DNA of 63,268 nucleotides, the filler included. It is 5 parts of 5 records of this genome, joined end to end, with 100 filler letters (N's around TTAATTAATTAA, not from the genome) between each part and the next. Parts side by side here need not be neighbours in the genome. Positions count along the whole stretch, not along the records: positions 34,103 to 45,885 come from SRR31156797_6301; positions 45,986 to 56,972 come from SRR31156797_6307; 3 more parts are not named here. One strand, written 5' to 3'. A program made the position numbers and the translations under genes. A model generated the notes under the pieces. That model did no database searches and had not been told where the DNA came from. It worked only from the letters and a program-made list of their open reading frames with translations. Of the stretch, positions 35,641-46,118 are shown piece after piece; position 1 is the stretch's first letter; each line of letters starts with the position of its first letter.

Positions 35641-38504
35641 GCCTTGTTTCCGGTTATCCGCTTTTTTATTTCCGCTTCACTAATTGGAATCTCATTCAGG
35701 CTTTTACCAACGGCATCCCGAATTGCATTCAACACTGCCGGAGCTGTCGGTACGAGAGACAGTTCGCCCACGCCCTTGGCGCCGGTCGGGCTTGCCGGAT
35801 CCGGGACTTCAACAATCAATGCTTCGACTTCAGGAATATCTTTTGTACGAGGGATAAAATAGGTATCAAAATTATCGGTGATTATACGCCCTTTATCAAT
35901 TTTCAGGTTCTCCTTCAAGCACCAGCCCAAGCCCATAACCACGCCGCCCTCGATTTGTCCTTCCACCCCTGCCGGATTGATTACCCGGCCGACATCATGG
36001 GCCGCGAATATCTTTAAAATCCTGACCTCGCCTGTCTGTTCGTTCACCGCAACCAGGGCGGCTTGAGCGCCATAACCCAGAGAAGGCAGGATGCGCTGCT
36101 CCGGACCAATAGCCTCTACCTTTTTCGGTAATTCAATATTAGTGACATCCGGAGTGTACTCATGGGAATAAGATAGATCCTGGCCGGCCAAACCGGCCCG
36201 CCAGGCCAGCTCGTTATATGAAATTACTATTTTACCTGTCTGCCTGTTTAATATCCCCTTTGAATCGAGGTCAAGTTCCCGTCTTTCAATCCCTGATAAT
36301 TTAGAAGCCATTTCTATCAAATGACGCCGAAAACCCGGCAGTCCGTCCGATACGGCCCCGCCGGTGAGAAAGGTTGCCTGGCTCGAAGTCGTCAATACCG
36401 GAGACGATGTTTTATCGGTGGATCCAAATGCTATTTCGAACATATCAGCTGGCAAACCCAGCTCTTCGGAACCGATCCTGGCCAGGACCGTCACCAGTCC
36501 CTGACCGAGTTCGCATGAACCGACATGAATGACAATCTTCCCCTGGCGGTTAAGAGAAAAATTAACATCAGCCTTTCCAAAGGGCAAAAATGTGGGCGTG
36601 CTTGCATTCTTGTAACAGGCGGCATAACCCAACCCCGGTTTTTCATTCGGTTCCAGTTCTATTTTCTCCATGTCCTTTGGCGCAGATTTTTTCAAAGCAT
36701 CCAGGCAGGCCTTGATCCCCACGCCCTTACCCATTACCTGGCCCCATTGGGAAACTTTCCCCTCATCCAGGGCGTTTATCAACCTGAATTCCAGGGGATC
36801 CATGTTTAATTTATTAGCCAGTTCATCGATCTGCCGTTCCATGGCCAGGCAAACCTGGGGAGTCCCGAATCCCCGCATGGCCCCGCAAACAGGGTTATTG
36901 GTAAACGCCCCGGTAATGCGAACGTCGATATTGTCTACCTGGTAAGGCCCTGTTGCAAACGTAGCCGCGTCTTCAATCACCACCATGCTGGCGGAATGAT
37001 AAGCGCCTGCATCAGCCAGCCCTTCCACCACGCAGTGGGTCAAGCGCCCTTGCGCGTCGGCGCCGGTTTCATATTTCAGATTAAAGGGATGCCGCTTGAC
37101 GCTGACTCTAATGGATTCATCCCTGGTCAGATCGATTCGAACCGGCCGGCCAGTCGAAAAGGAAGCCAGGGCGCATAGATGCTGCACAGTCAAATCGCCC
37201 TTGCCGCCGAATGCACCACCGGCCAGAGTAGTATTGATCCTGATCCTGTCCTTGGGCAGATCCAGTATCGCGGCTATTTGCTCCTGAAAGCCGTGGGGCG
37301 CCTGGCTGGCGGTAGTCACTTCCATGCGGCCGTCTTCACTTATGCGTGTCAAGCAGGATTCAGTTTCAAGATAGGCGTGTTCTATACAAGGAGTCTTATA
37401 AACTCCTTTAACTATTGCCGCCGCCCGTTTTCTCCCTGATTCAATCGAACCCTTGGTCATTTCCGTCCGGCAGCAAACATTGCCTTTATCAGTCAATTGC
37501 GGAGCACCGGGCGCCAGGGCCTCCTTAGGACTGAAGACGCCCGGAGTCTCACGATAATAAACCTTTACCCCGCCCGCTCCTGAAAGGGCAGCCTTCTTTG
37601 TTTCCGCGACAACAACAGCTACCGCGTCTCCATGGCATTTTACCTTGTCGGCCGCCAAAACAGGCTGGTCGGGGAAAATCGAACCAAAAGTCTTTCGCCC
37701 CGGTATATCCCGGTGAGTCAGAATCCGGACAACACCCGGCATCTTTTCTGCTTCAGTTGTATCTATTTTTTCAATATAAGCATGAGCGGCTTCGCTCCAA
37801 ACGACCTTGGCCGTCAGACAATTTTTAAAATCATGATCTCCGGCATAAGCCAGGCCGCCCGTTACTTTCATTTCCGAAAGTACATCCACGGCGGAACAGC
37901 CCAGGCCGGAACACGGTTTTTTCTCAAGATAACGCTTTAACTCAGGGTTGTTTACCGCCTGAACCGCATTAATGATTTTTTGATAACCCGTACAGCGGCA
38001 AAGGTTTCCCCAAAAGGCTTCCCTGACTTGCTCAACGGATGGATCGGGCGTCGCGGCCAGCAGGGAACGCGCAGTCATTACGAAACCGGGCGCGCAGTAC
38101 CCGCACTGAAAAACTCCAAGATCTGAAAATGTTTTTTGGATGGGATCCAGTGCGCCCAATCCGCCCAAATCCTCGATGGTCCTAACCGACATACCCTTCA
38201 AATGACGGACGTTGACCACGCAGGAACGGACCGGCTTGTTGTTGATAAGCACGGTGCAGGCCCCGCAAGCCCCGACTCCGCAACCGCATTTTGTCCCTTT
38301 AAGATTGAGGTCTGTCCTGAGAAAATCAAGGAGGCCGGCTTCGCGGGTATTACTATAAACCACAGGCCGGCCATTGACTAGAAATTGCACCTGCGAATTT
38401 CTCGGACCGGATCCGGCAAATGCGCTCAGGGCAGGCGCAGCCGGAACCAACAAGGCCGACCTTCCAAGCAGATTTATAAATTCTCGTCGCGTAAGCAAGG
38501 ACAC
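35637..38504 (-). CDS. Tat-exported molybdenum hydroxylase (aldehyde oxidoreductase/xanthine dehydrogenase family), 2x[2Fe-2S] + Mo-binding fusion
   Basis: LTRREFI twin-arginine signal; GCGVGACGAC, QCGYC and NLCRCTGY Fe-S motifs; GGAFGGK, AMRGFG and AKGVGE Mo-domain motifs. Confidence 0.9.
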   Translation of the reverse strand: MSLLTRREFINLLGRSALLVPAAPALSAFAGSGPRNSQVQFLVNGRPVVYSNTREAGLLDFLRTDLNLKGTKCGCGVGACGACTVLINNKPVRSCVVNVRHLKGMSVRTIEDLGGLGALDPIQKTFSDLGVFQCGYCAPGFVMTARSLLAATPDPSVEQVREAFWGNLCRCTGYQKIINAVQAVNNPELKRYLEKKPCSGLGCSAVDVLSEMKVTGGLAYAGDHDFKNCLTAKVVWSEAAHAYIEKIDTTEAEKMPGVVRILTHRDIPGRKTFGSIFPDQPVLAADKVKCHGDAVAVVVAETKKAALSGAGGVKVYYRETPGVFSPKEALAPGAPQLTDKGNVCCRTEMTKGSIESGRKRAAAIVKGVYKTPCIEHAYLETESCLTRISEDGRMEVTTASQAPHGFQEQIAAILDLPKDRIRINTTLAGGAFGGKGDLTVQHLCALASFSTGRPVRIDLTRDESIRVSVKRHPFNLKYETGADAQGRLTHCVVEGLADAGAYHSASMVVIEDAATFATGPYQVDNIDVRITGAFTNNPVCGAMRGFGTPQVCLAMERQIDELANKLNMDPLEFRLINALDEGKVSQWGQVMGKGVGIKACLDALKKSAPKDMEKIELEPNEKPGLGYAACYKNASTPTFLPFGKADVNFSLNRQGKIVIHVGSCELGQGLVTVLARIGSEELGLPADMFEIAFGSTDKTSSPVLTTSSQATFLTGGAVSDGLPGFRRHLIEMASKLSGIERRELDLDSKGILNRQTGKIVISYNELAWRAGLAGQDLSYSHEYTPDVTNIELPKKVEAIGPEQRILPSLGYGAQAALVAVNEQTGEVRILKIFAAHDVGRVINPAGVEGQIEGGVVMGLGWCLKENLKIDKGRIITDNFDTYFIPRTKDIPEVEALIVEVPDPASPTGAKGVGELSLVPTAPAVLNAIRDAVGKSLNEIPISEAEIKKRITGNKA

Positions 38505-38566
38505 TTCAGATATTCTTATCCCATTGTTATTTAAGTCTTAAAATCGGTTCATAAAGCATTGAAAGC

Positions 38567-39805
38567 TTATTTTCCCGGAAACAGCCTTAATCCGGCCTTC
38601 CATAGCTCCGTTTCGGGGTCAATGTGCAAAAGACCTGCTTCCTGGCAGACTTCAAACACCAGGATGCCTGAAAAACAGACAACCATTACCAGGCCCAATA
38701 TTTTAGCTTTTGACGACTTTGCCTGCTGAATAAGCAGCACGCCGGGCAGAATGCCGAACAACAGGCTGATGCCCACTCCGCCGACCACGTCCAATGCCTT
38801 TAAAAACAAATTCGGATAAAACAGGGTCACGGCCAAAGGCGGTCCAAAAGCCAGGAGAGCATCCACAACTTTGTTTTCTATTTTTAGCAATCCTTTACTC
38901 ATGTCCCGGCAGAAGCCCAGCAAGGCCGTTCCATTGGCCAGGTAGCTGGTTGTAATGGCCAAAATGGCGAAGGCCAATCCAAAAGAGGTGAAAAGATGCG
39001 AGCCGACTATTGCCGCCAGAGGCACGGTAGCCGGGAGCCCTTTTTCAAAAGCATATAAAATGTTGTTCTGGCCCTGGTCGGAAACAGGCAAGGCGCCCAT
39101 TACCGTCAGGTTCCAAAAGGCGTTCATGCCCAACCCGATCAAGGCGCCTATAAAACACGCTTTGATGACTGCTGACCGGTCCATATTCAAACTGCGGCAG
39201 GCCGTGGGAATAATGTTATGAAAATGAAAGGCCGTAATCATGATCGGCAGGGCCGAGGGCAGCAAGGCCAGGTTTGTAAAAGCCAATTGTTTGGGCTGCA
39301 TTTTCGGCAAAGCCAAGGCAATAAGCCCTAAAAAAGCGACCCACATCGCCGCCATGAGCACGGCATTGCCCTTTCTAACTATGACCACGCCGAACAAGGT
39401 CATGGCTGTCGTAAAAAAGAAAAAGACAAGGGTCGCAGCCCAGGTCGGTCCGGGTATACCGAATATATTGACCAGGATGGCTGTACCGCCGCTCAGGTAG
39501 GCAACTAAAAGACCGTATAAAATCAAAAGATTGGCCAATACGGCCGCCCATTGTCCCGCCAACCCCAAAGTGCGCCCGAACAGAGAAGGCAGATCGAAAT
39601 TCTCCGTTCCGGAAGCTAAAACCTGGTCGGAAATAACCACGGCCGACCCGAGCATCAATCCCCAAACCAGTATCATTATTATAAAGGACGGCAGAAAGCC
39701 GGCCAGCCCCGTATTGATCGGCAATCCCAAAATTCCCGCTCCCACCAGATTCCCGGTTATCAGAATGCCGACCGTCAATACAGGGGCGGCAGCCTTTCCA
39801 TCCAT
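38567..39805 (-). CDS. Aromatic/hydroxy amino acid permease (HAAAP, TyrP/Mtr-like)
   Basis: GNLVGAGILGLP, AFHFHNIIP and AITTSY motifs; polytopic membrane protein. Confidence 0.88.
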   Translation of the reverse strand: MDGKAAAPVLTVGILITGNLVGAGILGLPINTGLAGFLPSFIIMILVWGLMLGSAVVISDQVLASGTENFDLPSLFGRTLGLAGQWAAVLANLLILYGLLVAYLSGGTAILVNIFGIPGPTWAATLVFFFFTTAMTLFGVVIVRKGNAVLMAAMWVAFLGLIALALPKMQPKQLAFTNLALLPSALPIMITAFHFHNIIPTACRSLNMDRSAVIKACFIGALIGLGMNAFWNLTVMGALPVSDQGQNNILYAFEKGLPATVPLAAIVGSHLFTSFGLAFAILAITTSYLANGTALLGFCRDMSKGLLKIENKVVDALLAFGPPLAVTLFYPNLFLKALDVVGGVGISLLFGILPGVLLIQQAKSSKAKILGLVMVVCFSGILVFEVCQEAGLLHIDPETELWKAGLRLFPGK

Positions 39806-39818
39806 ATATTATCCTCCG

Positions 39819-41183
39819 TTAGCAGTCGGCCAGGTTCACGGCCAGACCGCCCTGTGATGTTTCCTTGTATTTATTGGACATGTCGCGGCCGGTTTCAAAC
39901 ATGACTTCAACCGCTGTATCAAAATCAACTTTCTGGAGCGCCGGATCGCCCACGGATGCCAGAATAAAAGCATTGTAGGCCTTGACCGCACCCATGGCGT
40001 TTCTCTCCACACAGGGGATCTGCACATATCCCATAACCGGATCGCAGGTCAGGCCCAGGTGGTGTTCCAAGGCAATTTCCGCAGCGGTCGCGGCCGCATC
40101 CGGGCTGAAATCCAAAGCAGTACACAAGAGACCCGCGGCCATGGCCGAGGCCGCCCCAACCTCACCCTGGCAACCCACTTCGGCTCCGGCAATGCTGGCG
40201 TTATGCTTGATTAAAAACCCAATGGCCGCAGCCGTCAAAAGCCCTTGATGAAGCTTTTTCCTGCTGAGCCTGTGCCGGGTTTTCAAATGGTTTAATACAG
40301 CCGGTATCACGCCGGCCGATCCTAAAGTAGGCGCCGTGACAACTATGCCCCCGGCCGCGTTTTCTTCCGATACGGCCAGGGCATAAGCATTTAACTCAAC
40401 TAGCATCCGGTCCGGCAAATGTCTCTGGCCCGCCGCCCTTTTAAATAATCCGCCTGCTTTGCGACTCAATCCGATGGGGCCGGGCAGCAAACCCTCGGCC
40501 TTCAAGCCGCGGTCGACCGCTGCGTCCATTATGTCAATGACCTTATCCAGGCCGTTTGCAATCTCCTGCTCGGTCGAACCCATAATCGCCGTCTCATTGG
40601 CCAGCATAATTTCGGCCGGGCCCAGGCCGGTCGCGGCCAGGACGCCTAAAAACTCTTTCATGGTTTGATAGGGATGTTTCGGGATTCCCCGCTCAGGCGC
40701 CTTCCGGCCTTCCCACTGAATGAATCCGCCTCCGATTGAATAATAAGTCTGTTCAAAAAGCGGTCCATCCGGCCCCATAAGCTGAAATGTGAGAGTATTT
40801 GAATAGGGATACTCGTGCACCAGCGGCCCATATTCAATATCATCCCGGTTCAAAACAAGCTTCCGGCCCGAAAGATCCACTTCAGTGGACGGGTCCTCGC
40901 CCCGAAGCAATTCCGAAAAAGCGCGGGCTTCCACCTTTTCCGGCGTCCAACCCAAAAGCCCCGCGGCAACAGCCCGATCGGTTCCATGCCCCTCGCCCGT
41001 GGCGCTGAGCGACCCGAACAGAACCACATGGAGCCTCACCGCACGATCCAAGACCTGGTCCGGTAAATCCAATACACGATCGCGGAATTCCAGGCCCGCC
41101 GCCATGGGGCCGATGGTGTGAGAACTGCTCGGTCCCGGACCGATTTTGAATATTTCAAATATGGATAAATCAATTGCAGACAT
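39819..41183 (-). CDS. sdaA: L-serine ammonia-lyase (Fe-S dependent, single chain)
   Basis: [41 protein letters not shown] and [10 protein letters not shown] motifs. Confidence 0.95.
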   Translation of the reverse strand: MSAIDLSIFEIFKIGPGPSSSHTIGPMAAGLEFRDRVLDLPDQVLDRAVRLHVVLFGSLSATGEGHGTDRAVAAGLLGWTPEKVEARAFSELLRGEDPSTEVDLSGRKLVLNRDDIEYGPLVHEYPYSNTLTFQLMGPDGPLFEQTYYSIGGGFIQWEGRKAPERGIPKHPYQTMKEFLGVLAATGLGPAEIMLANETAIMGSTEQEIANGLDKVIDIMDAAVDRGLKAEGLLPGPIGLSRKAGGLFKRAAGQRHLPDRMLVELNAYALAVSEENAAGGIVVTAPTLGSAGVIPAVLNHLKTRHRLSRKKLHQGLLTAAAIGFLIKHNASIAGAEVGCQGEVGAASAMAAGLLCTALDFSPDAAATAAEIALEHHLGLTCDPVMGYVQIPCVERNAMGAVKAYNAFILASVGDPALQKVDFDTAVEVMFETGRDMSNKYKETSQGGLAVNLADC

Positions 41184-41615
41184 GCCGATGATTAACCCGC
41201 CTTATAATATTCATTCGGAATCATATTTCCAGATTTCATTAATTTATTCTCACAGAAAAAAATCTCTGAATAATCTTTTTTCCGATTAGAGAACTTGGCG
41301 GCGCCTTGATTAAAGCGTATTTCCCGCCAAGTAATTCCGAATTTCCTTAATTTTAGAACCTTTAAGGATAATAAACTATTTGATCGCCTATCGTCAAAAT
41401 GATTTTCTTCAAGCCTGCGTAATAAAACCGAACTCTAACGTGGTATTCGCTGCAAGGCGATGAAGTGCTTAGCGGGCGTGTCACGAGATATATAGAGGCT
41501 CGAAACATAGGAAGGTAGATTGCTGAATAAGATGAAACCGGATGTATTGAATAAATCCAGGCGCCCATCCGGTAAAGCTGATAAATGGATTGAGAAAAAA
41601 CACCGCCAAGATTGA

Positions 41616-42401
41616 TCAAGGCCGTGCGATCTGAAAAATAAAATCCTTTATGGCCCGGTTTACTTCCCGGTAGTTTTCTATCATAACCATGTGGCCGGCT
41701 TCGGGAATCATTTCCAATCGTGCGCCCGGAATATCCGCGGCCAACCGATGGGAAAACTCCGGAGGCGTTACCTTGTCCTGGTCGCCGCAAATCACCAGGG
41801 TCGGCGCCGCAATTTCGGGCAGGACCGACAGGCGGTCGTAACCATGGGCGGCCAGGAAATCAGACTTTATTATTTCCTGAGGTAATGCGCTAAGCAGATT
41901 TTTCGTTAAAACAATATTTCGCCTAGGGGCGTTATCGGCAAAAAGCTTTTCGGCAAACGATTCAATTGCGCCCTTATAATCTGTGGTAATAGCATTAAAA
42001 CGTTCATCATCGACATTCAGCCTGGCGCCCGAAGCTATAAGGATAAGCCCATTAATCAGGTCGGGATTATTAATAGCTGTTTCCAGACAAATAGCCCCGC
42101 CCAAAGACGCGCCTCCCAGGAAAGGTTTTGATGGAAATGTCAGTTTTTTCAGGAATCGGCAGATCCAGTCCGCATATTCTTCCACTGATTTTTTAAGGGG
42201 ATCCGCGGACTCGCCGTGTCCGGGCAGATCCACAGCTATAACATTTATATCTCCGCTTAAAGGGCCGAGTTGGGCCCGCCAGGAAGCCGCCGATCCTCCG
42301 GATCCGTGGACGAGAACCAGCACCGGCTTTTCCGGATCCAGCCCTTTTCTTCCCGTTTCCAGGCCGACCGGACAGCCGTCAATCAGAATATCGTCAAACA
42401 T
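41616..42401 (-). CDS. Alpha/beta fold hydrolase
   Basis: LVHGSGG, DLPGHG, GASLGG, GDQD and AGH motifs; start chosen at MFDD. Confidence 0.88.
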   Translation of the reverse strand: MFDDILIDGCPVGLETGRKGLDPEKPVLVLVHGSGGSAASWRAQLGPLSGDINVIAVDLPGHGESADPLKKSVEEYADWICRFLKKLTFPSKPFLGGASLGGAICLETAINNPDLINGLILIASGARLNVDDERFNAITTDYKGAIESFAEKLFADNAPRRNIVLTKNLLSALPQEIIKSDFLAAHGYDRLSVLPEIAAPTLVICGDQDKVTPPEFSHRLAADIPGARLEMIPEAGHMVMIENYREVNRAIKDFIFQIARP

Positions 42402-42438
42402 ATAATTACGTCTTCTCTTGAAGTCCTTCAATATATAA

Positions 42439-45400
42439 CTAATTAACTACAAATCGCGCCGTACTGCCCGCCCGCGACGAGCTAACCTCCAACCGGGCGC
42501 CTATCCTCTCCTTCATTTCCGGAACGTGGGAAATAAGCCCCACCAAGCGGCCTCCCTTTTGCAAATCCTCCAACGCCCTCAAGGCCAGATCCAAAGATTC
42601 AGGATCCAGGCTGCCGAATCCTTCATCCACAAAGATAGTATCCAAATGGATGCCGCCGGCGTAAGATTGAACTACATCGGCCAAGCCCAGGGCCAGGGAA
42701 AGTGAAGCCAGGAAACTTTCGCCGCCGGAAAGTGTTGACGCCGGCCGCGACAACCCTGTGTATTCATCAAAAACCTGCAGGTCCAAGCCCCAGGCTTTGC
42801 CCCTGTGATCTCCGGTTTGCTTACGCTGCAACTGGTACCGGCCGCCGCTCATAATCCTTAACCTGTCGGTGGCCGCGATCAATACATCATCCAGGAGAGC
42901 CCCCAAAACAAAACGCTGAAATGACAAATTCAATGGGTTGGAGCCCGAAGCCGTATCGGAAAGGCGGCCGACAAGGCCGTAAAGTTTTTCCAAATCCTCC
43001 ATCCGCCTGTAATCCGCTTCCAATCCGTCCAGCCATTTTTCCATCTGCGCCAGGCGTCCCTCAAGAGCCGCCTGCCTCGAAACCGCTTCTTCAACCGCTG
43101 CTCCGGCGTTTCCGTCTTTTTCCTCCAGATCGTCCATATCGGGCATGGTTATCTTCACGGCTTCCCGGTATGCTTTTTCCGAGGCCTGCTTTGCCGCCTC
43201 GAACTCCACTTCAAAATCCCGGATCAAGGCATCCAGTTCCTTTATCCGATCATCCGGCATACCGGCCCTTTCGTACGCCGACATATCCTCAAAACCTGCT
43301 TCTCCCATTGCCTTTATAAAATCCATTTCCTGGACTTTGAATTGTTCTTCCGCCTCAATTATCCTATTCTTTGCCGCTTCCAAACCCGCCCTTGCTCCGG
43401 CCATTGCTTTTTCCGCTTCCGCAAAAGCTGCTTCTGCCTTTTTACGGTTTCTTTCCAGATCTTCAATACGCCGGGCTGCATCATCCACTGATAGTTTTAA
43501 CCGTCCGCTTTCCCTATATTCCATTGGAATTTGCGATTCAAGCGCTTTATAAGCCGCCGAAGCTTCCATGGCTTTTGAATTTGCCTCCGCCTGCTTTCTT
43601 TCCGCCTGTTCCCGTTTTTCCAAATTTTCGGCTTCTTCTTTGACGATCATTGCGAGACGTTTTTCCAATCTTTCGATACTCGCCTTTGCCTTTTCCGCGC
43701 CGGCCAGGTCACGGCGGCATTTTTCAAACTTCATGGAAATCGAGCCAATATCTTCAGTCGCATTTTCCCCCAAATTTGAAACAACCGTTTCCAATTCAGC
43801 CTGCAACGCAGCTAATTCCCTACCGACACCGGCTTCCATATTTCGAGCCGACCGCAAATTTTTTTCCAAACTCTCAATCTCTATTTTAAGGGCATCCAGG
43901 GTTTCATCCGAAGGGATGTCTCCGATTGAACAGGCCGGCTCCGGATGATCGATCGATCCACAAACCGGACAGGGACTGCCCGGCTTTAGAGTGTTCGCTA
44001 AAACCGCGGCCTGCCCATCCCGCCAGGATTTTTCAAGTTCATTTAAACTCGCCTTCAGTTTCTTTAATTCAGTTTCCAGCCTGTTTACTTTTTCCGTATT
44101 GTCCTTAAGGCGTTTTTTTAATTGAGACTCGATTTTGGATAATTCATCCACCTTGCCGCGCCCGACAATTATTTTTTCCAACTCCCGCATTTCAAGATTA
44201 AGAGCCTCAATTCTGCCGGAACCGGCCGCGGCTTCAATCATTCTTTTTTCCAGGTCCGCTTTTTCCGATTGGATTTTTTTCAAACCCTCAACCAAGCCGG
44301 CCAGTATTTCCGCCTTGTTTGATGATTCTTTTTCCGCCGCATTGTGCTCATGCCAGGCCTTTTCAAGCTCGCCGACCTTAGGCGCCAAACCCTCCAGCCG
44401 GGCCAGCTTGTTTTTCAATTCATTAACTTCCAAATCCCGGGTCATTTCCTTTTTAAGGCGCTCTTCAGCCTGTCTTCGCTCCTCTTCCCTACTATGCAGC
44501 ATCTTTTCAGCAGCCTTAAAATTTTTTGCTGCCGCAACCGATTCCGCCTTTCGCTTTTCCAGGATTTCAGAAACAGGCTTCAAGCTCGCCGCCAAAATCC
44601 CCTTTTCCAAATCCTGCCGCCATTTCATCATCTCCGGCTTACGACCTTCCAAATCGCGAACCCTCTTTTCAGCCGAAGCCCTTGCCTGGATTTTTTCAAC
44701 GTCCCGTTTGGCCTGTTCCAGCTTTTCGCTTGTTCGCGCCTTTACCTGCCTTAGTTCAACAATCGCTTTTTCCAAGCCGGCTTTTTCCAGGCTTTGGGTT
44801 TCAAATCTCTCCTTCAGTTCAGCAGCAGTTTCGGCGTCCGCCATATTAAGCACCAGTTCGACTTTTGTCCTGACTGCCTTAATTTCGGCTTCCTTCTCCC
44901 TGGTTCTCTTTTTCAACTCTTCTTGTATGAACCGGAATTTTTCCGCCTCAAAAAGAGTTTCCAATATTTGACGCCGCTCTTCCGAACCGGCGACCAGAAG
45001 GTCGCGAAATTTACCCTGGGGCAGGATTATTACCTGGCGAAACTGATCGCAGTGAAAACCCAAAAGGCTCACAACCTTTTCATTCACCGAACCGACCTTA
45101 TCCGCCAGCACAACGCCGTCATCCGCAATCCCATTTGGGTAATCATCTTTAAGGCCGGTCCTATCCCAGACGGCGGCCCACTGGGGATGCTTGCGGCTGC
45201 CATCGCCTTTTTTCTTGGGCATTTCCTGTTCCGGCGCCCGGCGGATTCTGTATTTCCTTTCCCCCAACGAAAAATCAAAAACGACCTCGGTCTTTATGTC
45301 CGGTCCCGCCTGCTGGCTTCTCATCCGCCGGGGATCCCTGTCCCGGCCCGAAGATTCGCCGTACAGGGCAAAACAAATCCCATCCAGCACCGTTGTCTTG

Positions 45401-45519
45401 CCCGCCCCGGTCTGTCCATGAATAAGGAAATATGTCTGCATCCCCAATTCGGAAAAATCCAACTCAATTTTATCCGCAAAAGGACCGAAAGCCTGCATTG
45501 ACAACTTCAGCGGTCTCAA
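42439..45519 (-). CDS. sbcC: SMC-family exonuclease subunit SbcC
   Basis: GQTGAGKTT Walker A, LPQGKF, CPVCGS zinc hook, LSGGE and DEGFGSLD motifs; long coiled coils. Confidence 0.95.
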   Translation of the reverse strand: MRPLKLSMQAFGPFADKIELDFSELGMQTYFLIHGQTGAGKTTVLDGICFALYGESSGRDRDPRRMRSQQAGPDIKTEVVFDFSLGERKYRIRRAPEQEMPKKKGDGSRKHPQWAAVWDRTGLKDDYPNGIADDGVVLADKVGSVNEKVVSLLGFHCDQFRQVIILPQGKFRDLLVAGSEERRQILETLFEAEKFRFIQEELKKRTREKEAEIKAVRTKVELVLNMADAETAAELKERFETQSLEKAGLEKAIVELRQVKARTSEKLEQAKRDVEKIQARASAEKRVRDLEGRKPEMMKWRQDLEKGILAASLKPVSEILEKRKAESVAAAKNFKAAEKMLHSREEERRQAEERLKKEMTRDLEVNELKNKLARLEGLAPKVGELEKAWHEHNAAEKESSNKAEILAGLVEGLKKIQSEKADLEKRMIEAAAGSGRIEALNLEMRELEKIIVGRGKVDELSKIESQLKKRLKDNTEKVNRLETELKKLKASLNELEKSWRDGQAAVLANTLKPGSPCPVCGSIDHPEPACSIGDIPSDETLDALKIEIESLEKNLRSARNMEAGVGRELAALQAELETVVSNLGENATEDIGSISMKFEKCRRDLAGAEKAKASIERLEKRLAMIVKEEAENLEKREQAERKQAEANSKAMEASAAYKALESQIPMEYRESGRLKLSVDDAARRIEDLERNRKKAEAAFAEAEKAMAGARAGLEAAKNRIIEAEEQFKVQEMDFIKAMGEAGFEDMSAYERAGMPDDRIKELDALIRDFEVEFEAAKQASEKAYREAVKITMPDMDDLEEKDGNAGAAVEEAVSRQAALEGRLAQMEKWLDGLEADYRRMEDLEKLYGLVGRLSDTASGSNPLNLSFQRFVLGALLDDVLIAATDRLRIMSGGRYQLQRKQTGDHRGKAWGLDLQVFDEYTGLSRPASTLSGGESFLASLSLALGLADVVQSYAGGIHLDTIFVDEGFGSLDPESLDLALRALEDLQKGGRLVGLISHVPEMKERIGARLEVSSSRAGSTARFVVN

Positions 45520-45521
45520 AA

Positions 45522-45884
45522 TCAGGTCTCCTTCTGCGCCTTAAGCCAAGAGTCCACTGCGCCTGAAAAAACCTGCTCCTCCTCGGGCGTCAGTTCTTCA
45601 CCCATTACCTGGCTGAAAAATGAACGGAACAAATCGGTTTCGGTCTGCCGCCTGTGGTCCCCCCGGGAATGGGCTCCCGGCCCGACCGGGTTCAACAAAG
45701 GCCTCGTTATATGCAGCACATTGGGATAAACTTCCCTCAAACGCCCCATGGCGTCCAGCACAGCCCCCTTGTCTTTCAATTGCACCAACAGATAGTCCTC
45801 ACGACTCAAGCCGTCCCCCGGCCCTTTCAAAAGTTCCTTTAGTTCTCCCTCAACCAGGCGCAAATCCCGGCGCGGACTTAACGA
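45522..45884 (-). CDS. sbcD: Exonuclease SbcD, C-terminal fragment
   Basis: PRRDLRLVEG...DYLLVQLKD...DAMGRLREVYPNVLHI; directly upstream of sbcC and truncated by the contig end. Confidence 0.9.
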   Translation of the reverse strand, partial: SLSPRRDLRLVEGELKELLKGPGDGLSREDYLLVQLKDKGAVLDAMGRLREVYPNVLHITRPLLNPVGPGAHSRGDHRRQTETDLFRSFFSQVMGEELTPEEEQVFSGAVDSWLKAQKET

Positions 45885-45885
45885 A

Positions 45886-45985
45886 NNNNNNNNNNNNNNN
45901 NNNNNNNNNNNNNNNNNNNNNNNNNNNNNTTAATTAATTAANNNNNNNNNNNNNNNNNNNNNNNNNNNNNNNNNNNNNNNNNNNN
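45886..45985. other. Artificial contig spacer
   Basis: N run containing TTAATTAATTAA. Confidence 0.99.
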
Positions 45986-46112
45986 TTTAGAGTTTAGAGT
46001 TTAGAATTTAGAGTTAAGGATTTTGAAATGCCAGATACTAATTACCAATTACCAATTACTAATTACCAATTACTAATCACTAATTAACGAATACCCAATT
46101 AACGAATAACCA
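45986..46112 (+). repeat. Short tandem repeat tract (7- and 8-mers)
   Basis: (TTTAGAG)n followed by (TAATTAC/CAATTAC)n and AATTAACGAATA units. Confidence 0.8.
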
Positions 46113-46118
46113 ACCCCC

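Noticed and set aside
41362-41790. 142-aa minus-strand ORF, or a riboswitch upstream of sdaA
   Set aside because: The ORF overlaps the hydrolase 3' end out of frame and has no motifs. I could not recognise a glycine, T-box or other riboswitch consensus.
42921-45501. Long plus-strand ORFs (up to 278 aa) opposite sbcC
   Set aside because: Antisense shadows of a coiled-coil gene with biased codon usage and no recognisable motifs. The same applies to the antisense ORFs within the Mo-enzyme, sdaA, kinase and ABC genes.
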